Assembly (NCBI GenBank): GCA_018711405.1
Contig: DVIH01000088.1
Span: 26,633 to 90,632 of the forward strand
Length of the DNA stretch: 64,000 nt
Origin: Candidatus Avibacteroides excrementipullorum
GTDB taxonomy: Bacteria > Bacteroidota > Bacteroidia > Bacteroidales > Bacteroidaceae
Reading direction: 5' to 3'
Of the stretch, positions 30,802 through 39,858 are shown one piece after another. Position 1 is the first letter of the stretch. The number at the start of each line of letters is the position of its first letter. The notes beneath the pieces are model-generated. The model ran no database searches. It was not told the DNA's origin and was given only the letters and a program-made list of their open reading frames with translations. The position numbers were made by a program, and so were the translations under genes.

Positions 30802-32040
30802 ATGAAGAAGATATTATTTTTTATGGGCATCATACTGGCAGGCATCCCGGCCTTAGCCCAAAATGAGACAACCGGCAAATATGAAGAGGTAGTCATCCCC
30901 CAAGCATTGGAGCAACCCATCGACAGCCTTCTCGATGAATGGAAGGTGAAGCACTATGTACTCGCATCCGACAGCGACTGCATGAAAGGCTCCAACCCTT
31001 ATTTCCCCGACTCGGTATATATAGACAGGCTTGTCAAGATGCCCACCGTCATGGAAATGGCATACAACGAGGTAGTAAGGAAATACATCGACACATACGT
31101 GGAAGGAAAAATGAGGGAAAAAGTATCATACATGCTCGGAGCCGCCAACTTCTACATCCCCATATTCGAAGAAGCCCTCGAAGCATACGGCCTGCCGCTG
31201 GAACTGAAATACCTCCCCATAATAGAATCGGCGCTCAACCCGTCGGCCGTATCAAGAGCCGGAGCCGCAGGACTGTGGCAGTTCATGACCTCAACGGCAA
31301 AGATATACGGACTGACCGTCAACAGCCTCGTCGATGAACGGCGCGACCCCATAAAGTCCACATGGGCAGCCGCACGCTACCTGAAAGACCTGTATGACAT
31401 ATACAAGGACTGGAACCTTGTCATAGCCGCATACAACTGCGGGCCGGGCAACGTCAACAAGGCGATAAAACGCACCGAAGGCAAGGCGGACTATTGGGAG
31501 ATATACTACAACCTGCCAAAAGAGACAAGAGGCTATGTGCCGGCATTCATCGCGGCCAACTATGTCATGACATACTACTGCGACCACAACATCTGCCCCA
31601 TGCAGACCGACCTGTCGATGACCACCGACACCATACACGTCAACAAGCAACTGCACTTCAAACAGATTGCCGAAGTGTGCGACATACCTATGGACGAGAT
31701 ACGCGACCTCAACCCTCAATACAGGCGCGACATAATACCGGGCAACTCGCAAGAATGCATTCTGAGGCTGCCAAACGAGCATCTGCACACCCTCATAAGC
31801 AACATGGACTCGGTCTATAACCACAAGAAAAACCAGCTGTTCACCCACAGGGCCACAGTCAATCTCAAAGAAACCACATCGGCAAAACAGGCTTCAGCTG
31901 TGGTCTACCACAAAATCAGAAGCGGCGACACCCTCTCGACCATTGCTAGAAGATACGGCACCACCGTATCGAGAATAAAAAAGCTCAACGGCTTGAAGAA
32001 CAACAATATCAGAGCAGGAAAGACCATCAGAGTGAAATAA
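30802..32040 (+). CDS. lytic murein transglycosylase (SLT domain) with C-terminal LysM
   Basis: It has the family-1 transglycosylase motif IIESALNP...AGAAGLWQFM. The C-terminal LysM is YHKIRSGDTLSTIARRYGTTVSRIKKLNGL. The ATG at 30802 (MKKILFF, signal peptide) is preferred over the TTG at 30793. Confidence 0.88.
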   Translation: MKKILFFMGIILAGIPALAQNETTGKYEEVVIPQALEQPIDSLLDEWKVKHYVLASDSDCMKGSNPYFPDSVYIDRLVKMPTVMEMAYNEVVRKYIDTYVEGKMREKVSYMLGAANFYIPIFEEALEAYGLPLELKYLPIIESALNPSAVSRAGAAGLWQFMTSTAKIYGLTVNSLVDERRDPIKSTWAAARYLKDLYDIYKDWNLVIAAYNCGPGNVNKAIKRTEGKADYWEIYYNLPKETRGYVPAFIAANYVMTYYCDHNICPMQTDLSMTTDTIHVNKQLHFKQIAEVCDIPMDEIRDLNPQYRRDIIPGNSQECILRLPNEHLHTLISNMDSVYNHKKNQLFTHRATVNLKETTSAKQASAVVYHKIRSGDTLSTIARRYGTTVSRIKKLNGLKNNNIRAGKTIRVK

Positions 32041-32158
32041 CCGTGAAGACGGGCTAAAAGCTTAAATAAATACATAGGCGTAAGAAACGATGTTGAACCC
32101 TATCTCCAATGGCCGTATAGGCTTGCAATTATAAACACAAAAAAACAATCATCCGCAC

Positions 32159-32803
32159 ATGGACTTAATCCAATTCATCATAGATTTCATACTGCACATT
32201 GACCGTCACCTGATAGAGCTTGTGCAAGACTATCACTTGTGGACATATGCCATACTGTTTGTCATCATATTCTGCGAAACGGGACTTGTCGTGACCCCGT
32301 TCCTGCCCGGCGACTCGCTGCTCTTCGTGGCAGGAGCCATCACCGCACAACCCGACATGCCACTACAGATAGGCTACCTCGTGCTGGTGATATTCATCGC
32401 CGCCGTGCTGGGCGACTCGTGCAACTACATGATAGGACACTTCTTCGGCAAACGCCTGTTCAGCAACCCCGACTCCAAAATCTTCAAACAAAGCTACTTG
32501 GAAAAGACACACAGTTTCTTCCGCAAATACGGCGGCAAGACCATCATACTGGCACGCTTCGTACCCATAGTGCGCACGTTCGCCCCGTTCGTGGCCGGGA
32601 TGGGCAAGATGAACTACTACTACTTCATGCTCTACAATCTCACCGGAGCCGCCCTGTGGGTGGGCATATTCTGCTTCGCCGGCTACTTCTTCGGCGACCT
32701 GCCTTTCGTACAGGACAACCTGAAACTGCTGTTGCTGGCCATCATCGTCATTTCTCTGTTGCCGGCAGTCATCGAAGTGTTCCGCGCCAAGATGAAGAAA
32801 TGA
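32159..32803 (+). CDS. dedA: DedA family membrane protein
   Basis: 214 aa with the VTT/SNARE-associated domain motif [10 protein letters not shown] and multiple TM helices. Confidence 0.88.
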   Translation: MDLIQFIIDFILHIDRHLIELVQDYHLWTYAILFVIIFCETGLVVTPFLPGDSLLFVAGAITAQPDMPLQIGYLVLVIFIAAVLGDSCNYMIGHFFGKRLFSNPDSKIFKQSYLEKTHSFFRKYGGKTIILARFVPIVRTFAPFVAGMGKMNYYYFMLYNLTGAALWVGIFCFAGYFFGDLPFVQDNLKLLLLAIIVISLLPAVIEVFRAKMKK

Positions 32804-32840
32804 CGGAACAGACAACCAGCCGATAAAACACTCATCCTCA

Positions 32841-32943
32841 GATACCATCCGCCCCCGCCGGGGATCGGCTCGATCTCCGGCAAAGATGTACGCCATCTTC
32901 ACCCGGGATGTGCGCCATCTTGGCCGAAGATGGCGCACATCCC
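32841..32943. repeat. 22-nt-phased intergenic repeat array C (4 units + degenerate 5th)
   Basis: Cores are at 32863 GATCGGCTCGATC, 32885 GATGTACGCCATC, 32907 GATGTGCGCCATC and 32929 GATGGCGCACATC. A degenerate unit lies at 32841. There is a perfect 17-bp inverted repeat: GGGATGTGCGCCATCTT (32905-32921) with AAGATGGCGCACATCCC (32927-32943). Confidence 0.9.
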
Positions 32944-33014
32944 GACAAGAGGATATTAATACTTTTTCCCAACTACATTTTTTCGCTTTTATTCGTTTAT
33001 TAAATATTTTTTCA

Positions 33015-33022
33015 TAAATTTG
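33015..33022 (+). promoter_or_regulatory. candidate -7 promoter element (TAAATTTG) for relA/spoT
   Basis: Exact TAnnTTTG match 38 nt upstream of the ATG at 33060. No exact -33. Confidence 0.4.
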
Positions 33023-33059
33023 CGATATTGAGGATGCATACATTTTAATACGGAAAGCT

Positions 33060-35306
33060 ATGGACACACCTGACAAGAAAACAGCGGCCGACGATCTGAT
33101 GATAGAAACAGCGTTTCAAGAACTCATAAACGACTATCTCAAGACCAAACACAGAAAGAAAATAGAAATCATAACCAAAGCTTTCAAATTTGCAAACCAG
33201 GCACACAAAGGTGTCAGAAGGCTCTCTGGAGAGCCATACATCATGCACCCGCTGAGCGTGGCAAAAATAGTATGCAACGAAATAGGGCTCGGCTCCACAT
33301 CCATAGCGGCAGCCCTGCTGCATGACGTAGTGGAAGACACCGACTACACGGTGGAAGACATAGAAAACCTGTTCGGCCCCAAGATAGCACAAATCGTAGA
33401 CGGACTCACCAAAATATCGGGAGGCATCTTCGGCGACAAGGCTTCGGCACAGGCCGAAAACTTCAAAAAACTGCTGCTCACCATGTCGGACGACATCAGA
33501 GTCATACTCATAAAGATAGCCGACAGACTGCACAACATGCGCACGCTCGGAGCGCAACCGGCCAACAAGAGATATAAGATAGCAGGCGAGACCTTATATA
33601 TATACGCCCCCATAGCAAGCCGACTGGGACTGAACAAGATAAAATCGGAACTCGAAAACCTCAGTTTCAAATACGAACATCCGGAAGACTACGAATCCAT
33701 AGTGGCCAAGCTCAATGAGACAGCCAAAGAGCGCGACGAACTATTCACAGAGTTTACAGCCCCCATCAGGGAAAAGCTCGACAAGATGGGATTCAGCTAC
33801 GAAATCAAGGCAAGAGTCAAGTCGCCCTACTCCATCTGGATGAAAATGCAGACCAAGCATATAGCCTTTGAAGACATTTTCGACATACTCGCCGTAAGGA
33901 TAATATTCACCCCCAAGAAACTGGACGATGAGCTGAACAACTGTTTCGACATATATGTAGCCATATCAAAAATATACAAGCCCCATCCCGACAGGTTGAG
34001 AGACTGGGTGAGCCATCCGAAATCAAACGGATACCAGGCGTTGCACGTCACTCTCATGGGACCCAAAGGCAACTGGGTGGAAGTACAGATAAGAAGCAAG
34101 AGGATGGACGATGTGGCCGAACAGGGATTCACCGCACACTGGAAATACAAAGAAGGGGGAGGCAGCGAAGACGAAGGCGAACTGGACAAATGGCTGCATA
34201 CCATCAAGGAAATACTGGAAGACCCGCAGCCTGACGCAATGGACTTCCTCGACACCATAAAACTGAACCTGTACACCAGCGAGATATTCGTCTTCACACC
34301 GAAAGGAGACCTGAAGACATTGCCGCAAGGAGCCACCGTGCTCGATTTCGCTTTCATGCTACACTCACAGCTCGGTTCCAACTGCATCGGAGCGAAAGTC
34401 AACCATAAACTCGTGCCGCTGAGCTACAAACTCAACAGCGGAGATCAGGTAGAGATACTGACAGCCAAAGCCATACGCATCAAGAGAGACTGGCTCGACA
34501 TGATTACCACAGCCAAAGCCAAGACAGTCATAACAAGCTACCTGAGAAAAGAAGAGCAGAAACAGAAAGAAGAAGGGCGCAAACTCCTGGAAGAATTCCT
34601 CTCAAAAGAAAACATAGAAAACACCGATGCCAATATCATGAAACTGTGCAGGCTGCACGGTTGCGAAAACAAAGAGAAACTATGCCTTGAGATAGGAAGC
34701 ACAAGAATAACTCTGGGAGATAACGACAAAAACGAAATAAAAGGACGCCAGAACTGGATGAAATTCCTGAGAATCCCGTTCGTGTCATCATCAGCCACAA
34801 AGACCGAGCCGAACAAAACCGAACCAGAGGAGCCCGCCGAAAAAATAGACAAGAAAAAGACCATGATCCTCACGGCCGACAAGATAAAAAAGAGATATGT
34901 CATAGCCAAATGCTGCAACCCCATACCGGGAGACGAAGTGTTGGGCTACATTGACGACAACGGCAAAGTGATAATCCACAAGATACAATGCCCCATAGCC
35001 AACAAGCTCAAAGCAGGCTACGGCAACCGCATCATCACCACCGAATGGGACACCCACAAGGAACTGTCGTTTACCGTCCCCATAAAGGTGGAGGGCATAG
35101 ACGACTTCGGAGTGCTCAACAAGATTACAGAAGTCATATCGCGCGAGCTGGAAGTGAACATCAAAAAGCTGGAGATAGAAAGCGATGACGGCATATTCAG
35201 AGGCACCATATACCTCTATGTGCACGATGTGGAAGACGTGAGAACCATTTGCAACAACCTGCAAAAACTGGAAAACGTAAAGAGCGTCACAAGACTCGAC
35301 AAATAA
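33060..35306 (+). CDS. bifunctional (p)ppGpp synthetase/hydrolase (RelA/SpoT homolog)
   Basis: 748 aa. HD hydrolase motif HDVVEDT, synthetase region (RVKSPYSIWMKM, YQALH), and TGS and C-terminal ACT-like domains. Confidence 0.95.
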   Translation: MDTPDKKTAADDLMIETAFQELINDYLKTKHRKKIEIITKAFKFANQAHKGVRRLSGEPYIMHPLSVAKIVCNEIGLGSTSIAAALLHDVVEDTDYTVEDIENLFGPKIAQIVDGLTKISGGIFGDKASAQAENFKKLLLTMSDDIRVILIKIADRLHNMRTLGAQPANKRYKIAGETLYIYAPIASRLGLNKIKSELENLSFKYEHPEDYESIVAKLNETAKERDELFTEFTAPIREKLDKMGFSYEIKARVKSPYSIWMKMQTKHIAFEDIFDILAVRIIFTPKKLDDELNNCFDIYVAISKIYKPHPDRLRDWVSHPKSNGYQALHVTLMGPKGNWVEVQIRSKRMDDVAEQGFTAHWKYKEGGGSEDEGELDKWLHTIKEILEDPQPDAMDFLDTIKLNLYTSEIFVFTPKGDLKTLPQGATVLDFAFMLHSQLGSNCIGAKVNHKLVPLSYKLNSGDQVEILTAKAIRIKRDWLDMITTAKAKTVITSYLRKEEQKQKEEGRKLLEEFLSKENIENTDANIMKLCRLHGCENKEKLCLEIGSTRITLGDNDKNEIKGRQNWMKFLRIPFVSSSATKTEPNKTEPEEPAEKIDKKKTMILTADKIKKRYVIAKCCNPIPGDEVLGYIDDNGKVIIHKIQCPIANKLKAGYGNRIITTEWDTHKELSFTVPIKVEGIDDFGVLNKITEVISRELEVNIKKLEIESDDGIFRGTIYLYVHDVEDVRTICNNLQKLENVKSVTRLDK

Positions 35307-35312
35307 GACCGT

Positions 35313-35345
35313 ACAGGCCATGCTGCATTATTGCGCATGGCCTGT
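35313..35345 (+). terminator. stem-loop after relA/spoT (possible terminator, weak T-tract)
   Basis: ACAGGCCATGC (35313-35323) pairs with GCATGGCCTGT (35335-35345) in a perfect 11-bp stem that is extendable. The downstream sequence GGTTATATATT is only weakly U-rich. Confidence 0.4.
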
Positions 35346-35398
35346 GGTTATATATTGCATCAATACCAGGATTATTGTTAACCAAAAGGAATAATGTT

Positions 35399-37348
35399 AT
35401 GAGAAAAATTTTTTTACTTATCGCGATGATTCTATCATCAGCAGTCTTTGCCACCGACATACAAAGCAATCCGACATCAAACAATCATTCCATCTATGCG
35501 AATGCAATATCGGAATCGGAGTTTACCGTCACTATCACCAACCCCACCGGTGCGGTAATAACAGCAAAAGCAGGAGACACGACAGTGGAAAGCGGCAGCA
35601 CGGTAGAACCGGGCACAGTGCTGGAACTGTCACATGAACTGACAGACACCAACCATGCCTTCCAGAACTACACCGTAAACGGTACGAAACTTGAAGCCGG
35701 AACAAACACCGTGACTGTGAATGAAAACATAGAAATATCGGCAGACTTAATCTATGGCAACGAAGTCATATTCAATGTGGAGAACATAGATAAAGCAATG
35801 GTGCTCTTCTATGAAGATGACATCTACGCCACCCTGCCCACGGGAAGCATCATAGTGGATCCCGGCACTCAATACCTGCTGAAAGTCAAACCCAACAACG
35901 GATTCAGCGCATACGTAGCCATCAACGGGGAAGACAGGTCGAACGAAGCCACGACACCGAGCGGACTCAGCTTCACCATATCAGGCAAGACAACGGTGGA
36001 CATCATCATATCGGGCACGCCATACCCTTTCAAATACTCGTATGAAAGCGAAGAAGGAACTGTGACCGCAACCATAGACGGAGAACAACTCGAAGCCGAA
36101 ATACAGCACGAAGTGCCTAACGGAGAAATAATAGAATTCACCGTAACGCCCAACGAAGGCAAGACTCTGGAAAGCATCACGCTGAACGGAAACGATGTGA
36201 CAGGCATGATAACGCTGCAAGACAACAAGTTCCAATATATCATGAACGGCAACAGCGAGATAAACATCACGTTCAAGGAAGAGATAACCACAATCACATA
36301 CAACGTGGAAAACATAGAGAACGCGATGGTACTCTTCTACGAAGACGACTACATCTCCACATTGCCCAGCGGAACAGTGACAGTGGAACCAGGCACCCAA
36401 TATATCTTGAAAGTTAAACCCAACACAGGATTCAGCGCATACGTGGCCCTCAACGGAGAAGACAAGACAAGCGAAGCCACATCGCCTGAAGGACTCAGTT
36501 TCACAGCAGCAGGACAGATGACGGTGGACATCGTCATATCGGGCAACCCATACACATTCACATACTCATTCGAAAGTGAGGAGGGAACAGTGACCGCAAC
36601 CAAAGACGGAGAACAACTTGAGGCCGACACGCAACATGACGTCATCTACGGAGACATGATAGAATTCACCGTGACGCCCGACGAAGGCAAAGAGCTGGAA
36701 AGCATAATGCTGAACGGCAACGACATAACCGGCATGACAGGACTGCAAGACAACAAATTCATGTATATGGTCAACGCCGACAGCCAATTCAACATCACTT
36801 TCAAAGACAAGACTGCCACCATTACCTACGTCAATGAAACTCCGGACTTCGGCACACTGGCCATAACCAGAAGTTCCGACGGCAGCGAAATAGAAAACAA
36901 CAGCACCCTGCCACTGGGAGAACTCATCGACATTGTGGCGACTGCCAACGAAGGATATGCCATAGACAGTGTGGTAATCATAGTAAACGGCACACGCACT
37001 CCGCACAGACCAGTAGGCGGAAACATAGGCACATTCGAGAAATATGACTTTGAAGTGAGCGGCGACATTACCGTGACAGCGGCATTCAAGGCAGAAAAAT
37101 CGGCCGAAGACATTGCAGGCAACGCCTTCCGGATATACGGAAGCGACAACGGCATCACCGTGTGCGGCATCAGCGAAGGCACTGAAATCACAGTCTATGA
37201 CATAGCAGGAAAGACCGTATGCAGCACACGTGCCACAGGCGACACGGCAGAGATAAACGGCCTGCGCGAAAACATGATATACATAGTGAAAGTGACAGAC
37301 GGCACCAAAACAAAAGCGGTGAAAGCAACCACCGCAAGGGTGCGGTAA
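35399..37348 (+). CDS. secreted repeat protein with T9SS C-terminal sorting domain
   Basis: It starts at MRKIFLLIAMILSSAVFA (signal peptide). The in-frame ORF extension back to 35249 overlaps relA and is rejected. The interior has InlB-B-repeat-like modules and a 176-aa tandem duplication. The C-terminus ITVYDIAGKTV...MIYIVKVTDGTKTKAVK resembles type-A T9SS CTDs. Confidence 0.8.
   Translation: MRKIFLLIAMILSSAVFATDIQSNPTSNNHSIYANAISESEFTVTITNPTGAVITAKAGDTTVESGSTVEPGTVLELSHELTDTNHAFQNYTVNGTKLEAGTNTVTVNENIEISADLIYGNEVIFNVENIDKAMVLFYEDDIYATLPTGSIIVDPGTQYLLKVKPNNGFSAYVAINGEDRSNEATTPSGLSFTISGKTTVDIIISGTPYPFKYSYESEEGTVTATIDGEQLEAEIQHEVPNGEIIEFTVTPNEGKTLESITLNGNDVTGMITLQDNKFQYIMNGNSEINITFKEEITTITYNVENIENAMVLFYEDDYISTLPSGTVTVEPGTQYILKVKPNTGFSAYVALNGEDKTSEATSPEGLSFTAAGQMTVDIVISGNPYTFTYSFESEEGTVTATKDGEQLEADTQHDVIYGDMIEFTVTPDEGKELESIMLNGNDITGMTGLQDNKFMYMVNADSQFNITFKDKTATITYVNETPDFGTLAITRSSDGSEIENNSTLPLGELIDIVATANEGYAIDSVVIIVNGTRTPHRPVGGNIGTFEKYDFEVSGDITVTAAFKAEKSAEDIAGNAFRIYGSDNGITVCGISEGTEITVYDIAGKTVCSTRATGDTAEINGLRENMIYIVKVTDGTKTKAVKATTARVR
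35774..36829 (+). repeat. intragenic tandem duplication, 2 x 528 nt (176 aa)
   Basis: Copy 1 spans 35774-36301 (NVENIDKAMVLFYEDD...ITTITY) and copy 2 spans 36302-36829 (NVENIENAMVLFYEDD...TATITY). They are in frame, colinear, and very similar by eye at the protein level. Confidence 0.9.
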
Positions 37349-37349
37349 G

Positions 37350-37456
37350 GATATACGCCATCCCCGGCGGGGATCGAGCCGATACTTGCCCGGTATCGGC
37401 TCGGTCATGACAAAAGATCGGCTCGGTCTCCAAGCGAGATCGAGCCGATAATTTTT
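37350..37456. repeat. 22-nt-phased intergenic repeat array D (5 units)
   Basis: Cores are at 37350 GATATACGCCATC, 37372 GATCGAGCCGATA, 37394 TATCGGCTCGGTC, 37416 GATCGGCTCGGTC and 37438 GATCGAGCCGATA, followed by ATTTTT. Hairpins are CGAGCCGATAC/GTATCGGCTCG (11 bp) and ATCGGCTCG/CGAGCCGAT (9 bp). Confidence 0.9.
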
Positions 37457-37522
37457 ATCACATCTCTTATATATGGCAATCAAGCACTTACGCTCATACG
37501 AAAGCAATGACGCAGAGTGCCG

Positions 37523-39832
37523 TCAGTTCACCGTAATCTCATCCACGAAAATAAAGGCCGACCCGCCCGGCCATGTATGCCAGTCGGGCAATTCGGGCGT
37601 GATGTGTGCAACGACACGGACATATCGGGCATTGCGCGGCGCGAAATCGAGTTCATGCCTGTAGATGCCATCGGCAGCATCCTGCCCCAGCACCGGCACA
37701 GACTTCTCGGCTGCGAGGTCGAAATGTCTGCCATCTGAAGAGCACCACACTTCCATGCCCGTAATATCCATTACTGCCGCACCCACAGCCACATCGGTAT
37801 TGATGCCCACATTGCTTATCTGCTTCTCCTCGCCCAAGTCGATGACAGCATCCATGTCTTTCAGAAATCCGAGCCAACGCCCCGTGTTGTAGCGCGTGTC
37901 GCCGGTCAGTCCGTCGGTCAGCACCGATGCACCTTTATATGTATATGTCGGATCGGGCATGTTTTTCAGTGTCACGGGGCAGAAAGAAGCCTTGTTCACC
38001 GACACGGTGTCGCACAGCACCTTGCCATCCGTTTCGCCAGGCATTATGACTTTAGCCTTTATCACCGCGCTTTCCGTCAAGGCAAACGGAGCAACATATC
38101 TCTCCGATTTTTCATCAGGTTCACTGCCGTCAAGGGTGTAATAGACGGCGCGGTCGCCCAAAGTGGCAAGCGATACCGAGAGCCTGCGGTTGAGCGTGTC
38201 GTTTTCATAGTCGGAAGTCACATCAAAAGCTCCCTTATGATAAGTGTAACCGTACTTGTCGTACCTTTTGATGAGCCTGAACATGCGTCCGGCAAACTCT
38301 CCATAGTCTTTCTCTCTTGTAAATCCGCCCCATGCCGTCTCGGAGAGCGCAGCCATGCGAGGCAGTATCCTGTATTCGGCCTTTTCCATATCGTCCACAT
38401 CTTCAGCCCACAGGCAAGCCTGCACCCCGACAAGATGTCCGGCGGCTTCTTCATCGAGATAGCCCGACACAGGGTCGAAATCATAGACCATCCTTATGGC
38501 CTTGTCGCCCGGCAAATCGAGCACCTGTAGGCTGCTGAAATAGAGCAGACCCGAAGGAGCCATAATCACGTCATAGCCTTTGCGCGCAGCATCCATGCCA
38601 TACTGTTCGTTTCTCCAGCTCATGACAGTGGCGGTAGGGGTAAGGTCTTCGTTGAGCACTTCGTCCCAACCTATCATCTTGCGGCCTTTGCTCTCTATGA
38701 AACGTGCCATCTCGTTCATGAAATAGACTTGCAGATTGTCTTCCGCTTTGGAACCGGCAGTATCTTTCCAGCCCATTTTGCCAATGAGAGCCTGGCACTT
38801 GGGACATTTCTCCCATCTCGTGCGCGGACATTCATCGCCTCCGGCATGAATATATTCCGAGGGGAACAGCTGTATGACCTCTTCCAGTATGTCTTCCACA
38901 AAGGGTATAGTCTTCTCATTGCCAATGCAGAGCACATCATCGTGCACTCCATATTCCACCTGAGTCTCGTAAGGACCGCCCGTACAACCGTATTCCGGAT
39001 ATGCGGCAAGGGCAGCAGTTATATGTCCCGGCAGATCTATTTCGGGTACGACCTCTATGCCCCTCTCAGCTGCATAGCCTATCACATCTTTTATCTCCTC
39101 CTGAGTGTAGAAACCTCCGTAAGGGATGCCGTCGCGCCCTTTCTGACCGCCGGTGAGCAACGACTCTTTTCGTTTGGAACCGATCTCGGTGAGCAACGGA
39201 TATTTCTTTATCTCTATCCTCCAGCCCTGATCATCGGTGAGATGCCAGTGAAACACATTCAGATTGTGCAACGCCATGATATCTATGTACTGCTTCACCT
39301 GCTCCACCGTAAAGAAATGACGTGACACATCGAGATGCATCCCCCTATAGCTCATGGCCGGCTCGTCTTCTATCCGTGCAGCAGGGAAACTCACTTTCCC
39401 GCAACGCTCCACAGGCATGGACTTGCGCAGCGTCTGCACCGCATGAAACAGCCCCTGATAGGAACCGCCTGTCACATCCATACACTGCCCCGACACGCTG
39501 ACGGCATAAGCCTCACGCGACAATGACACCGAGTCGACCGACAGCCGTATGAGATTGCCATCACCTCCTGCCTCAGACACTTTCAGTTTATAACCCGTTG
39601 TCTCCTCCACATAATCATTGAGGAAAGCGGCAATACGCTCCGCTCCGTCACAACCCGCAGCCGGCACTATGATCGTATTCTTATCCAATACAAACTGTCC
39701 GGAATCTGCAACAACCACACTGCGCAATTTAGGCACAACATCATAGTCTGCCTCTACCGTCCCGCCGCCTCCACTACCGCAGCAGGATAAAAGCGGGACA
39801 AACAACACTGTCAATAAATTTCCATATTTCAT
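37523..39832 (-). CDS. GH20 beta-N-acetylhexosaminidase with C-terminal discoidin (F5/8 type C)-like domain
   Basis: 769 aa. GH20 motifs are HWHLTDDQGWR, PEIDLPGH and HAGGDEC. A lipoprotein-type signal is present. The C-terminal roughly 150 aa are discoidin-like. Confidence 0.93.
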   Translation of the reverse strand: MKYGNLLTVLFVPLLSCCGSGGGGTVEADYDVVPKLRSVVVADSGQFVLDKNTIIVPAAGCDGAERIAAFLNDYVEETTGYKLKVSEAGGDGNLIRLSVDSVSLSREAYAVSVSGQCMDVTGGSYQGLFHAVQTLRKSMPVERCGKVSFPAARIEDEPAMSYRGMHLDVSRHFFTVEQVKQYIDIMALHNLNVFHWHLTDDQGWRIEIKKYPLLTEIGSKRKESLLTGGQKGRDGIPYGGFYTQEEIKDVIGYAAERGIEVVPEIDLPGHITAALAAYPEYGCTGGPYETQVEYGVHDDVLCIGNEKTIPFVEDILEEVIQLFPSEYIHAGGDECPRTRWEKCPKCQALIGKMGWKDTAGSKAEDNLQVYFMNEMARFIESKGRKMIGWDEVLNEDLTPTATVMSWRNEQYGMDAARKGYDVIMAPSGLLYFSSLQVLDLPGDKAIRMVYDFDPVSGYLDEEAAGHLVGVQACLWAEDVDDMEKAEYRILPRMAALSETAWGGFTREKDYGEFAGRMFRLIKRYDKYGYTYHKGAFDVTSDYENDTLNRRLSVSLATLGDRAVYYTLDGSEPDEKSERYVAPFALTESAVIKAKVIMPGETDGKVLCDTVSVNKASFCPVTLKNMPDPTYTYKGASVLTDGLTGDTRYNTGRWLGFLKDMDAVIDLGEEKQISNVGINTDVAVGAAVMDITGMEVWCSSDGRHFDLAAEKSVPVLGQDAADGIYRHELDFAPRNARYVRVVAHITPELPDWHTWPGGSAFIFVDEITVN

Positions 39833-39858
39833 AATATATGACTTTTGAGATTTTCCTA

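Noticed and set aside
32363-33076. ORFs spanning the repeat arrays (32363-33076, 27958-28296, 50879-51172, 58634-59140, 58971-59300). They contain recurring peptides such as DVRHLRPG, KMAHIPG and RCRTSR.
   Set aside because: The recurring peptides are translations of the 22-nt repeat units. That period is not a multiple of 3, and the same units occur in both orientations. This is a repeat artefact, not a protein family.
35249-35398. N-terminal extension of the T9SS repeat protein ORF, and similar extensions at 17374 (ftsA), 42161 (ribD), 46323 (bamA), 59701 (exbB), 25468 (GH92), 55518 and 56855.
   Set aside because: The extensions overlap upstream genes or terminator hairpins, use non-ATG or poorly placed starts, and precede an obvious signal peptide or conserved N-terminus at an internal ATG.
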